From IMG/VR virus record IMGVR_UViG_3300042010_000129, positions 64,001-128,000 of that record: a stretch of DNA of 64,000 nucleotides, one strand, 5' to 3'. Position 1 is the first letter of the stretch, and each line of letters starts with the position of its first letter. The DNA is from a virus. Taxonomy: Duplodnaviria > Caudoviricetes. A program made the position numbers and the translations under genes. Of this stretch, positions 27,850 through 40,700 are shown piece after piece. Below the pieces are notes generated by a model, which saw only the letters and a list, made by a program, of their open reading frames with translations, had not been told where the DNA came from and did not search any database.

Positions 27850-30348
27850 ATGAAAGATTGCAGTTCGTTACCGGTCATTGCGCCCCAGTCGGTTCCCGTG
27901 CGAAAAATCATCGCACAGTGCGGCGAATGGATTACGCTTTGCGGTAAAGGAAAACACCAGATTTCCTATTTCCTCGGATTGCTGCAAGGGCCTGTAACCA
28001 TTTGGTTCCAACGCGAAAGTATCGAGGATGAAATCTACGTTTATCAGAACGGGGAAATCATTGCAGCGGCGCCACTGAAAACCGAAAGCGGTTCGTTTAC
28101 GTTTGATTATTCGCCACTCGACGAAAAGCCGGGTAACGATGAAATCATTCTGACCCACGAAGGTGCGACAGTTGGCGCCCGTGCGCATATCCATTTTCTG
28201 TGCCCTGTTGATCCATGCTTGCCACCAGTTGTGGCCGAACCGAACCCGGTTGAAACTACGCTGATTTGTGGCAAGTCGTGGCACCAAGCGGGCTATGTGA
28301 AAAAGAACACAATTTTGCTCGGTGACAAACCGGGCCGCGTCGATATTATTTGGTCGGTTGTAGGTAATGGATTGGTGCAGGTTTTCCAAGACAAAACTTT
28401 GCTGCTGACCATGACGCCGGATCGCGAAGCTCTGACCAGTTTCGAATACGATCCTGAACTCGGTGACGTTTATGTGTTGACCCAAGGAACGGGCGCCGTG
28501 GATTACATTTTCACGTGCCCTTTCAAAGAAGAAACACCAGAAATTCCGAGCTTCGAATTCGTTTGTGATGCGACTGAGGATTATGTTTTCAACGCACCGC
28601 AATTAACCGAATTGATGCTGCCTGTCTTGATCGGCACCATTGATTTTCGTGTGCAGTTGGTGGAAACGGCGCAGCTGACGTTCTCGCAAAACAACGTTCC
28701 GTTTTATGTTGTGAGCGGGCACACGGGGGAAGTGAATTTCTCCTACGATTACAATCCGGATAAAGGCAAAGTCACGGTTAACGCCGAGGGCTACGGGGAA
28801 ATCGCGATGTTTGCGAAATGCCCCTACAACGCACCCGATCCTGACCCGGTTGATATCGACGCAGATTGCGGAACCACGCTGAACACGTATCCCGGCTATT
28901 CGAATATCACGATGGATATGGACGCAATCAGCGGCCAAACAATTCTTGATTTAATCCTGACGGAAACAACGATTGAAGTTATCCACACCGGTACTTCGCG
29001 ATTCATCACAGAATCCGGCAGCTATCCGATGCAGTATGACCGTTCGGTTCCCCTGATTATCAAAGGGCGCGGAAACGATTTCCAAATGCGCTTGAGTTGC
29101 CCGGTTCGCACGCCTGTAACAGGCACCATTGATTGCGGCGTAATTCGCAACTTCGATTCCTATTCGAATATCACTGTTCGTTACGGATCGACCGCAGGCA
29201 ATACCACGATTACCACCAGCCAAGACGTGAGCGTTTACCGCGATAATGTTTTGGTCGGATTTGGGCGTGACGTCACGTTCTTTTATCCGGGCACTGGTAC
29301 GGTTCTCGTTAAGTGTGATGTTCTCGACGAATACCTGACGATTTCCGCAACGTGTCCAGCGGTGAAAACCCTGCCATGCGGTGATCAGTTCGTGCAGTTC
29401 AACGCTGGCGACATTATCGACCTCGCATTTAATACGCCGCTTATTCGTGGGCATGTTGATGTGTCGATTGAAATCACGGGTAACGTGAGCGCGGTTTTCC
29501 GTCTCGGTTCGAATGACGTTCACACCAGTACGCAAACCGAAACGTTTACGAATATCTGGAACACTGCAAACGGCCTTCGTGTTGTTAGCAGCGGCACCGG
29601 ACAATTCAAACTTTTCGTGAAGTGTGCGGTTCCGATTTATATCGTCAGTGAAGAAACGAAAACAGAGCAAGTTGATTGCCAACCGGGCGAGACTGCCGGT
29701 GGTGTTCCGGGCGGTAATACGTTCGTGACCGCAACGTGGAAAGTAATCACTTATTCAGACGGTTCGGTTGTGACAACGACCAAAACTTATGACGGTGTGT
29801 GTATGCCAGCAACAGCAGTTCCAATTCGTGCCCCGCGCTGGGGTGTGGCGATGTTTGCAAACCGTTTGTTTACCGGTGGCCCTATCGCCGCAGAAATCAC
29901 CAGCGAAGAACAATCGTATGGTGTGGTCGCAAACCCAAGTCCTAGCGGGCGCAATTACACGCATTGGACTGGCATTCAACAATTCGCTGATCAGGTGATG
30001 ACCAACACGTTCGCGATTACTCCGGAATCTCCGGGGATTATCACGCCGACAATTTCCGTGGACGATTTCGTTTACGTGATGTGGGATAAGCGCGCTGGTA
30101 CGCAGCTGAAAATCATTAACCTCGGCAACAATTTCGAGGTGGTGTTTGAGGGCATTTTGTGGCGTAACGATCTTTTGGGTAACTACGAAGGATTGCCCGG
30201 ATATAATCCAAATCTTCCGATCTATTTGACCGTGCAATACGACGACGGTACAGGTGTTCGCGACTGGATCATTGTTCGGCAGGAAACCACGACGCTGCCT
30301 GAATTCAGCCCACGGACTGATAGCTATTCCATTCAATACGTGCCGTAG
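27850..30348 (+). CDS. Cys-rich adhesin/fibre tip with six CUB-like repeats and a C-terminal tip module (832 aa)
   Basis: Six ~90 aa beta units bracketed by C[GD] and C[PA]; 18 Cys by my count. Confidence 0.7.
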   Translation: MKDCSSLPVIAPQSVPVRKIIAQCGEWITLCGKGKHQISYFLGLLQGPVTIWFQRESIEDEIYVYQNGEIIAAAPLKTESGSFTFDYSPLDEKPGNDEIILTHEGATVGARAHIHFLCPVDPCLPPVVAEPNPVETTLICGKSWHQAGYVKKNTILLGDKPGRVDIIWSVVGNGLVQVFQDKTLLLTMTPDREALTSFEYDPELGDVYVLTQGTGAVDYIFTCPFKEETPEIPSFEFVCDATEDYVFNAPQLTELMLPVLIGTIDFRVQLVETAQLTFSQNNVPFYVVSGHTGEVNFSYDYNPDKGKVTVNAEGYGEIAMFAKCPYNAPDPDPVDIDADCGTTLNTYPGYSNITMDMDAISGQTILDLILTETTIEVIHTGTSRFITESGSYPMQYDRSVPLIIKGRGNDFQMRLSCPVRTPVTGTIDCGVIRNFDSYSNITVRYGSTAGNTTITTSQDVSVYRDNVLVGFGRDVTFFYPGTGTVLVKCDVLDEYLTISATCPAVKTLPCGDQFVQFNAGDIIDLAFNTPLIRGHVDVSIEITGNVSAVFRLGSNDVHTSTQTETFTNIWNTANGLRVVSSGTGQFKLFVKCAVPIYIVSEETKTEQVDCQPGETAGGVPGGNTFVTATWKVITYSDGSVVTTTKTYDGVCMPATAVPIRAPRWGVAMFANRLFTGGPIAAEITSEEQSYGVVANPSPSGRNYTHWTGIQQFADQVMTNTFAITPESPGIITPTISVDDFVYVMWDKRAGTQLKIINLGNNFEVVFEGILWRNDLLGNYEGLPGYNPNLPIYLTVQYDDGTGVRDWIIVRQETTTLPEFSPRTDSYSIQYVP

Positions 30349-30356
30349 GAATTCTC

Positions 30357-31382
30357 ATGACAGGATTAACAAGAATCCCGACGTACATGATCCGTGCGAA
30401 GGGCGAGAAAGATTCCAGTATTCTCGAAGTAAAAAACGAACGCCTTTCTGCAACAGCGCCGTCCGATGCCGACGTAACAGAAATCGAATCCGCGATTTAC
30501 GATGAAACTCAGGGCACGCTTACTTTTCGTTTTTATAACGGACAGGAAATGCGTGTTCCGGGTTTCCCGGTTCCTTCGAAAATTCCAGCAGGCCCTACGG
30601 GGCCGCAGGGACTCGCAGGCATTGACGGAAAAAACGGAAAAGATGGGCGCGATGGTGCAGTAGGCAGCGCAGGTTGTGCGGGGCCTCAAGGTGTAATTGG
30701 TCAAACGGGGCCAAAAGGTGAAACCGGTCGCACTGGTCAACCCGGCCCCGCTGGCCCAACAGGCCCCCAAGGCCCACAGGGATTGCAAGGCCCATTAGGC
30801 CCCACCGGCCCACAAGGCCCACAGGGGCCACAAGGCCCACGCGGTGAACAAGGCCCGCAAGGTCGCCCCGGCCCGAAAGGCCCTGAAGGTTTTATGCACA
30901 TTGTGGTTTCCACTTCGGAACCGGAAGAAAAAGATCGCGTCGATGGTTTGTTGTGGGTGAATCCTGCAATTGATTATTTGTGCGGTGTTTATAATCCTCC
31001 GGTTTGTCCGGAACCAGAACCGTGCCCGCCGCTCGCATTTAAAGAGCAAACTTTCCAACTGAATGCGACTATCGGAAAATCCAGCAACGTGCATTATCTC
31101 GGCCCTACGGCGGGCGTTGTGAAAATCACGTATGCAACTGCAAACGCAGATGCGCCGGGTGATCCAGCTGGTGGTTATGTCGGCAATCGGATTGATGTTC
31201 GCCATCGCGGAATTGTGGTTGCTACCAACGGTGCAGATGAAATTGTTTTCCGTGATCAACCGAAAGCTTTCGAATTTGCATACGAGCCGTCGAATGGTAA
31301 CGAATTCATCACGGTGGAAATGTCGCACAGCGATTCGAATTCCGATTGGTGGTCGTACAAAATCAGCGGCCCTACTTTGTAA
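30357..31382 (+). CDS. Collagen-like fibre stalk 2 with a C-terminal CUB-like domain (341 aa)
   Basis: About 33 Gly-X-Y triplets; GLLWVNP hinge; [21 protein letters not shown] unit resembles the repeats of 27850-30348. Confidence 0.85.
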   Translation: MTGLTRIPTYMIRAKGEKDSSILEVKNERLSATAPSDADVTEIESAIYDETQGTLTFRFYNGQEMRVPGFPVPSKIPAGPTGPQGLAGIDGKNGKDGRDGAVGSAGCAGPQGVIGQTGPKGETGRTGQPGPAGPTGPQGPQGLQGPLGPTGPQGPQGPQGPRGEQGPQGRPGPKGPEGFMHIVVSTSEPEEKDRVDGLLWVNPAIDYLCGVYNPPVCPEPEPCPPLAFKEQTFQLNATIGKSSNVHYLGPTAGVVKITYATANADAPGDPAGGYVGNRIDVRHRGIVVATNGADEIVFRDQPKAFEFAYEPSNGNEFITVEMSHSDSNSDWWSYKISGPTL

Positions 31383-31400
31383 AAATATTCAGGGTGATTT

Positions 31401-31916
31401 ATGACCGAGCTTACGCGGATGCCCGTTTCGATGTTGCACGCCCGTGGAAAAACTGGCGGCAATCTCAAAAACACGGGCACGAAAGTTCAAGTCGCAACAG
31501 AAGCTGAAAATGCGGTTCCTTCCCTTGTGGCGGGTACGCTGAATCAGAACGGTTTGTTGCGCTTGAGAATGTCGGACGGAACCTACGTCGAAGTTGATGG
31601 TTTTTATACAGCGAATTCAATCATTCAAGGCCCTGCTGGCCCGCGTGGTTTCGCTGGTGAAAACGGTCGTGACGGAACGAACGGTCGCGATGGGGAACAA
31701 GGTGCAACAGGTTGCCAAGGGCCAGCTGGCCCACGCGGTGATACTGGCCCGGAAGGCCCTCGCGGCCCACAAGGTATTCAAGGCCCACCGGGGCCAAAAG
31801 GTGAACCGGGGCCACGCGGCTCTGACGGTTTTGTTCAAGTGTTTATCCAATCAGCCGATCCCTCGGCAATGGAAGGTACGACTGTGAAAGCTGGCGCACT
31901 TTGGGTGAAACCGTAA
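31401..31916 (+). CDS. Collagen-like fibre stalk 3 (171 aa)
   Basis: About 22 Gly-X-Y triplets; ends in GALWVKP. Confidence 0.85.
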   Translation: MTELTRMPVSMLHARGKTGGNLKNTGTKVQVATEAENAVPSLVAGTLNQNGLLRLRMSDGTYVEVDGFYTANSIIQGPAGPRGFAGENGRDGTNGRDGEQGATGCQGPAGPRGDTGPEGPRGPQGIQGPPGPKGEPGPRGSDGFVQVFIQSADPSAMEGTTVKAGALWVKP

Positions 31917-31933
31917 TCGGAAATATGCAGTAA

Positions 31934-31960
31934 AAAGGCTCCTTTAATGGGGCCTTTATT
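31934..31960 (+). terminator. Terminator-like hairpin
   Basis: AAAGGCTCC-TTTAAT-GGGGCCTTT followed by ATTGTTT. Confidence 0.5.
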
Positions 31961-32012
31961 GTTTCTAAGTAATTTAAATACAGAAACTAAAATTGATGGT
32001 GGAACTGTTACT

Positions 32013-35000
32013 ATGAGCGAATTAACCATCAGGTCGCCAAATGGCGCGTGGGTTGACATTTGCGCCAGCGAATGGAAAGTTCTGCAAGAAGACGGTACGT
32101 GGAAAGAAATTGATCCCGTGAATGATTTGCGCGTTCGTCACGGTTCGAATGATTATTGGCTGCAAATCAATTGTGATCAGGACGCGGCTTATTGCCCGCC
32201 GGAACAATTGGCTGATTGCTGGCCCGGTTACAGCGGCAATTTCGACAGTTCCGAATTCAAACCCGGTGGCCCAACTGGTTATTTGGTTTGCGATTGCGAC
32301 GGACTCAATTGCAAAACGTACACCGGCCACACACCGAGTTATAACGTAAAAGGCGGTCGGTTTATTTCGACCAGTCCTGTCGTTGAGAAAACAATTGCAC
32401 AATCGTTGCCGACTACCCTGTTTGGTTCGGAAGCAGAAATCACTGAGGTTTTGGTTTACGCCGGTACACGCAGCGGCCATATCGAAGTGTCTGCACTCGA
32501 ACTTGATACAGGTGTTCGCGTTCGCGTTTACAACGATTGCATTTTGCTCGGAGATTCCGACGTAAGCGGCGATTATTTCAACGTCTTTTTCAACACCGAA
32601 CCACCGGAAACAAACGAGGACGATTGTGGCGATCCAATTCCTGCAAACAATTTCCTCACAGTTCGCGTTGACGCTCCAGCCGGTTCGCGCTGGCGTGTAA
32701 AACTTGGCGATGTAAACGTCGATCAAATCACAAGTTTCCAACGGCCTGCCCCGTGCTTCGGTACGTTTGGCCCGAACCTGCCCTGCTTCGTCAACGATGA
32801 AAACTATTTGTTGCCGGGTGAAGCGGTTTACGAAAATGTGCATTATTTGCCAACCACTGGCCGCGTCGATATTGACCTGACTGTGAACGGCATTGATCCG
32901 GTTCATTTCCAAGTGTTTTACAACGGTGGCCTGATCGGTGATTTAGTTACGAATAACACGCCGCAATTAACGCAGGTTGCTGCAACCCTGACGTTCAACC
33001 ATAACGTGGTTGGCGGCGATAACTTCGTGATTATTCGTTACACGGCCCCGCGACAATACAACGATTGGCATTATTCGATTTTCTGCCCCGGTATGCGCGG
33101 CTCGCGAATCAACATGATGGAATGCATGGGTGTGCCTGATCCCGTGCCTTACGACGTTCTCTGTCGGCCCCTGAATGAATCGCTTGACCCGTACCACGCA
33201 ATCGTCAGCCGTGGCGCCCACACCGCAGATATTTATTACGACTACGCGGGTAAAGCTCGCGGCGATATCGTGGTGGAATATTTCGCGACGGATGCTGTGC
33301 AATTGCTGTTTTACCAAGGCAGTTATCCGAACGAAACTCTGCTGGCCGGTACGGTTTCCACAATCAGCGGACACAACCGTTTTTACTTCCGTTTTGAACC
33401 ACAAAACGGATCGGTTGTTCACGTGCGCGTTATTGGCCCGTGCTGCCCGGATTGGGCATTCACCATGAGTTGCCCGGTTCCGCCGCCTGTGTTGAATATT
33501 GCAGACGCGGAAATTGTTCGTGGATCGAAAGGCCAAACTTCGTATCTGTGTTTTGACGTAGTTTTGGAGAATAAAACTCCGCGCCGTACCACGTTCAATT
33601 GGGACACAACGCCACTCACCGCAATTGTTTCGAATGACGGATCTTGCACCGTTACAGAAACCGTTCCGAACTCGCCATTCTGCAATATCTTGGCGACTGG
33701 TTCCGGCGTCGAAGCAGGTTCTTCGAACGATACGTGGATTGGTTATTCGTGCTACCGAATTCGTTCGAGTTTGCACAGTCCGAACTGCGCGGTTGGCGGT
33801 CAGTATTACGTTGTCGAAACAGAAATCGAATTGCCTTATTCCGGCACGTACACAATCGTCGGTTGTGCGGACGATAACATGGTCGTTTATTTGGACTGTG
33901 TTCCGAAAATGTCGGCGCCTTCGTGGGAATGGGCAGCATCTGCGCAAATCACGGCAAACGCTGGATGGCAGACGCTTTCCATCATGTATCAGAACGTCCC
34001 GAACTGCACACCGGGTTGGGCGAAACTGGTAATCCTGAATAGCGCGGGTCAGGTTGTTTTTGCGACCAGTCCTTATACGCATTTGTGGCGTTCTAAGGTC
34101 GGTGGCATCACTGCAAATCCTCCGCCGTTGAGCATCACTTACGGCGCGGATTACAACAAAGTTTTGGGCAGCGGTGCAATCGAAGCTTGCCAACTTTCTA
34201 CCCGTATTTGTGTTCCAGTTTGCGGCACTGATTTGATGGGGCCAGACGTAACCTTTTTGCTGTCGTTGAAAGATTTGACGACCGCAGAGCCGGGGAAAAT
34301 GTCTGCAATCGGCACCATTAAAAACAACAACCAATTTAATTGCAGCCAAAATCCTTTGGACGCAGTTTCTGGTTACGGCCTGAACACTTATATCAACCGT
34401 GGCGCATACAACATGTACACGGGCGACCTGCTGACGTATGGCTCGGGTCAGAAAATCATGGAAGCCGATATCAACATTCCGGCGTCCGGACTTTATACGT
34501 TTTTCTTCCACGGAATGGATCATGCAGTTCTGACAATGGATTGCCAACAAATCGCGGCGGTTAGTGGTGCTGGCGGTGGTGTTCGTGCATGGGCGCCTGC
34601 AAATAAAGGCTTCCGTAAATTCGCAATCACTTACGCAATGAGCGCTTCGAATAGTGCGCGTCCCGGCTACGCTGCACTTGTGATTATGGATACGCAAAAC
34701 CGCGTTGTTTACGCATCGCATCCTGATCACTGGCGCGGTAAAGTTTTGAACGCTGGTACTCCGCCAAGCTGCAATCAATTCGCGACCAGCTGCCTCATTT
34801 CTGGTAACTCGATTCAGGAACAACAATCGGGCGGCGGTGGATCGACTGGTTACACCGTAGGATACGGATCTGTGCAGGTGCGAACTTCTTTGCACGGCAA
34901 CGGACACCAACCGAACGGCATTAACTATTCGCTGCAATATTCACCGAATCTTCCGGCTGGTGTTTACACCATGCTTTGGACGGCGGATGACGTTTCGAGT

Positions 35001-35627
35001 TTTTATGTGAACTGCGTTCACGTGCGTGATAAAAATTCGAACTGGCGCACAATTGATTCGTTCCAGTTTGCGCATCCGGGCGGTGCGGTTCCGTTGACGG
35101 TTATTTATCGCAACACAGGCGGCAACGTAGCGTGGGTGAACTGGGCAATTCTGAACAGTGCCGGGCAAGCCGTTTCTGTTTCGCGTCCGGGCCTTCCGGG
35201 TGAAGCATCGGCAGTCGGTGACGTGGTTGCCGCAACTGTTGGCGTTCCACTGTACAACACGGTTTATCGTGGTCGTTTGATGACGCATATTTCGCGCTCC
35301 ATCGGTTCCGGTGGTACTAACTATGCGTGGTGGAGTGCTGAACGCGATATCGTTATTCCGGCTGACGGCGATTATTACATTGTCGGCGGTGCTGATGATG
35401 CGTTGGGCGTTTACATCGGTTGCCAAGGTCGTGGCATTGGTGGCGAGCGGTTCCAGTTGAAAGCTGGCGCACAGAAAATGCAAATCCGTTGCTACAACTA
35501 TAAATCTGGAAACCCGAACTATTTCTGGTTCACGCTTTACAACTCGGCAGGTCAAGTTGTCTATGACAGCAGCGCAGCCGGTTGGAAAGGCAAGTGGACG
35601 GATCTGGATTTCTCTGGATTGAGCTAA
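32013..35627 (+). CDS. Large Cys-rich adhesin: CUB-like repeats, split Calx-beta and four PA14-like lectin domains (1204 aa)
   Basis: Start reassigned to MSELTIRS (the upstream ATG lies inside the hairpin); PA14-like G.Y.....ADD..V.. motifs; Calx-beta halves. Confidence 0.75.
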   Translation: MSELTIRSPNGAWVDICASEWKVLQEDGTWKEIDPVNDLRVRHGSNDYWLQINCDQDAAYCPPEQLADCWPGYSGNFDSSEFKPGGPTGYLVCDCDGLNCKTYTGHTPSYNVKGGRFISTSPVVEKTIAQSLPTTLFGSEAEITEVLVYAGTRSGHIEVSALELDTGVRVRVYNDCILLGDSDVSGDYFNVFFNTEPPETNEDDCGDPIPANNFLTVRVDAPAGSRWRVKLGDVNVDQITSFQRPAPCFGTFGPNLPCFVNDENYLLPGEAVYENVHYLPTTGRVDIDLTVNGIDPVHFQVFYNGGLIGDLVTNNTPQLTQVAATLTFNHNVVGGDNFVIIRYTAPRQYNDWHYSIFCPGMRGSRINMMECMGVPDPVPYDVLCRPLNESLDPYHAIVSRGAHTADIYYDYAGKARGDIVVEYFATDAVQLLFYQGSYPNETLLAGTVSTISGHNRFYFRFEPQNGSVVHVRVIGPCCPDWAFTMSCPVPPPVLNIADAEIVRGSKGQTSYLCFDVVLENKTPRRTTFNWDTTPLTAIVSNDGSCTVTETVPNSPFCNILATGSGVEAGSSNDTWIGYSCYRIRSSLHSPNCAVGGQYYVVETEIELPYSGTYTIVGCADDNMVVYLDCVPKMSAPSWEWAASAQITANAGWQTLSIMYQNVPNCTPGWAKLVILNSAGQVVFATSPYTHLWRSKVGGITANPPPLSITYGADYNKVLGSGAIEACQLSTRICVPVCGTDLMGPDVTFLLSLKDLTTAEPGKMSAIGTIKNNNQFNCSQNPLDAVSGYGLNTYINRGAYNMYTGDLLTYGSGQKIMEADINIPASGLYTFFFHGMDHAVLTMDCQQIAAVSGAGGGVRAWAPANKGFRKFAITYAMSASNSARPGYAALVIMDTQNRVVYASHPDHWRGKVLNAGTPPSCNQFATSCLISGNSIQEQQSGGGGSTGYTVGYGSVQVRTSLHGNGHQPNGINYSLQYSPNLPAGVYTMLWTADDVSSFYVNCVHVRDKNSNWRTIDSFQFAHPGGAVPLTVIYRNTGGNVAWVNWAILNSAGQAVSVSRPGLPGEASAVGDVVAATVGVPLYNTVYRGRLMTHISRSIGSGGTNYAWWSAERDIVIPADGDYYIVGGADDALGVYIGCQGRGIGGERFQLKAGAQKMQIRCYNYKSGNPNYFWFTLYNSAGQVVYDSSAAGWKGKWTDLDFSGLS

Positions 35628-35638
35628 GGTGAAAATAA

Positions 35639-37672
<2,034 letters not shown>

Positions 37673-37677
37673 TGACG

Positions 37678-37707
37678 AAAAGGGGCCTATTTTTTGGCCC
37701 CTTTTTT
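37678..37707 (+). terminator. Intrinsic terminator
   Basis: AAAAGGGGCC-TATTTTTT-GGCCCCTTTTTT. Confidence 0.8.
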
Positions 37708-37717
37708 GGAGTTTTTT

Positions 37718-40700
37718 ATGGCATTGATTAAACTAAATGGCACGGCGCTCGCCTCTTCACAGTGGAACGATTTCGGAACTATTGCCGCGATCAACGACGG
37801 CAACAACGCAACCGGTTGGTCTGGTGGTGGCGTTAGTTCTACGGCTGACTGGGCCGCGATTCTATTTGCAGGCGCAGAAAAAGCAAAACAAGTAGACGCC
37901 TATTTCTATTCGTGGGGCAACACGATTGTAATCGGCTACGCGAATGCTGCACCGACTTCGAAAGCAAGTTTTACCGTTGTCAGAACAATTGACATTCGCA
38001 CGCAACCGAATGACGACCTCGGTGTGCCGTGGGCGCGGCTTACGAAAAACACGATTATTTTACCGGGCGACGTGGCCGGTACTTATTGGGGCATTTACAC
38101 CAACGACGTAGGGCCGGGTATTCTCGGATTTAACGGCGGTGGCCTCGACCGCGCACGCATCATGGAATTGAATTTCTACAAAGATGACGTGATTGTTCCT
38201 GCTGTTCCATCCGGGCCAAACCCGAAACCTCCATCCGGCTCGCCAGCCATCCCGTTCGCCACAACTCCCGGTGGTTGGACACGGACTGAAATTGCAGTAA
38301 ATGGCAGCGGGACATTCACACCGGGTGTCGATACCACGCTGATTGCAGTTGGTTTGCAGGGCGCTGGTGCTGGTGGTCGAGTCAACGTATCGACAACTGG
38401 TTTAACTACGCCTAATGATTCCACATTAAATGGCGGCGACACTTTTATTTCTAATGCGAGTGGGCAAATTGCGGTGGCCCCCGGTGGCATTGGAAACGCT
38501 ACTCCATTTTTGCCGAAATTTCCGGGTAGCCTCGGAACGCTTTGTGATTGGATTCGCGCAACTGATGGAAGTGGCCGCGCAGGCGGAACAACTGCCATCG
38601 GATCGAACACCAGTGTGGCAGGTGGTGCGTCGTTTATGGGTGGTACGGCGGGCACCGTAATTACGGGCGGTCTTGCTACGCAGAATACAAACGGCCCGGT
38701 TACTGCGACCACGACATTTACAGGAACTGCTGCACTTCCATTTACGCCGACGTATGTAAACGCAAACCGAAATTCCAGTTTGGGCCTTGTGACAACGAAC
38801 GGTTTGGCGCCGTCCGCTGGAAATCCAACAACCGGTTCCATTGAATATTCGTTCAAAGCTTATGCGGGACAGGCGATTACCGTTAACGCCGTTGCGGTTA
38901 CTCCAGCCGGAACCTGTACGCTCACGTATTATTTGAACGGTGTTGCAAAAGGAACACTCGTTGCCTCAACCGGCACCGCATTTCCTGTAGTTTTCACACC
39001 CGAAGTTGATGGCACTCAAACCATTAAATTCGAACTGATTATTACCGCAACTACAGGCTCCCCTCCGATCTGCCGTCTGACGAACATGACGATGACCGGT
39101 GTTGGTCAGGCCGGTGCGCAATCCGGTGCATCCGGTCGTGCTGCTACATTCTTTTTCTTACCTGACGGCCCATTTGATTATACGGTCGGTAAAGGTGGTA
39201 TTGGTCAACCCGGTGGGCAAGCCATAACAGCTTCGCATCACGGTACACGCGGTTCTGGTGGCGGTGGCGGTGGTGGTAACGGCGGCGATGGCGTAATCGT
39301 TATTTACGAATACAAAAGCCCATTACCTCTGGAAAAAGCACCAACGCCACTTTTCCCCACCTACAACCAATCGCTAACCAACGAAGTTCTGGCGGCGTAC
39401 CGCACGAATTATACCGGCACTGCTTCTGTAACAGCTGGTTTGGGCTGGGGATCGCAAACCGCATTTACGCATAAACTTCGACCACGCACGAAATTTGTGT
39501 TGGCAGTGATGACCGGCCCCGGTGGTCAGTGGCGCGGTACTAACGTTGCCTTGGAACCGGATCAATCGCTGCCTACCGTGTTAACGTCTGGTTCGATTGT
39601 AAATACGGCGGAATCTGGTTGGACGGGTAAAACTTATGGTGGCTCTACCGGTAACGGTGGCATCGGCGGCAATATGCTGCCAGCCGATAACGTTTTGTTC
39701 GGTGCAAAAGGTACGACAGGGCAAGGCTCTGGCGCTTCTGATACAAACCAATCTGTAATTGCCGGTAGTTTTGGTAGTGGTGGACAGTCGAGTTATTTGA
39801 ACATTGCTGGCGGCGGTTGTGGCGGTTACGGATTAGTCGCAATTTCTAGCGCGCAATTCAACGAAAGTCGCACACTGGATTTGTTGATCGGTAACACCGG
39901 AACATCGGCAGGCGCTGGTGCAATTTTCATCTACGAATCGGAAACTGATTACGGCCCTTTCATTACGCAATTGGCAGAAGAAATTCTGTTTCAAAGCGGA
40001 ATTGCTGCAACCGCAACAACGCAAACTGCCGAACAGGTTTTGATCAAACAGACTGACGCCGGTTCGAACATTTCGCAAACGTCGGAAAACATTCTGTACA
40101 AGGAATCCGACAGCGCGAACAACCTGCAAGTTTCGCATGCGCATATTGCGTTTGTTGTTGATGCTGACGATCCTGCCACAACGGTTTCGCAGAACTCCGA
40201 AAACATTCTGTACCGCAGCGGCCCTGCCTCGACCAACATTTCGGTTTCGGCTGAACAAGTGTTTATGAAGGTAGGCACTCTACCGTTCCGCATTAGCAAC
40301 ACCGTGGAATTGGTTTTCGCCGCTGAATTACCGTCTGTTTTCTGGTTGAATTTCGGCACCATTCAATACCCGATGATTCGTCAATCCTACGATTCGCAAA
40401 TTGGCCGTGCAACCTCGGTTCAACCGGGCGCGTATATTCAATTGGAATCGCCCCACATGGAAGGCACGACGCTGGTTGTAAACGGCGTGGAAGTGGGATT
40501 GAGTTCGCCAGTTGCGAATAACGATCAGGTATTCATTCGTGGTGGTATTACCAACTTTTTCCAAACGGAAATGAACGTCTATACCTACTACACGAAGAAC
40601 GGGACAATCGCCCGCGAATTGGTAGGTCAATGGAAATTCACACGTGAGCCGCTGACGCCGACAGTTAGTCGCAAATATAGCGTGCCGTACACGAACACCA

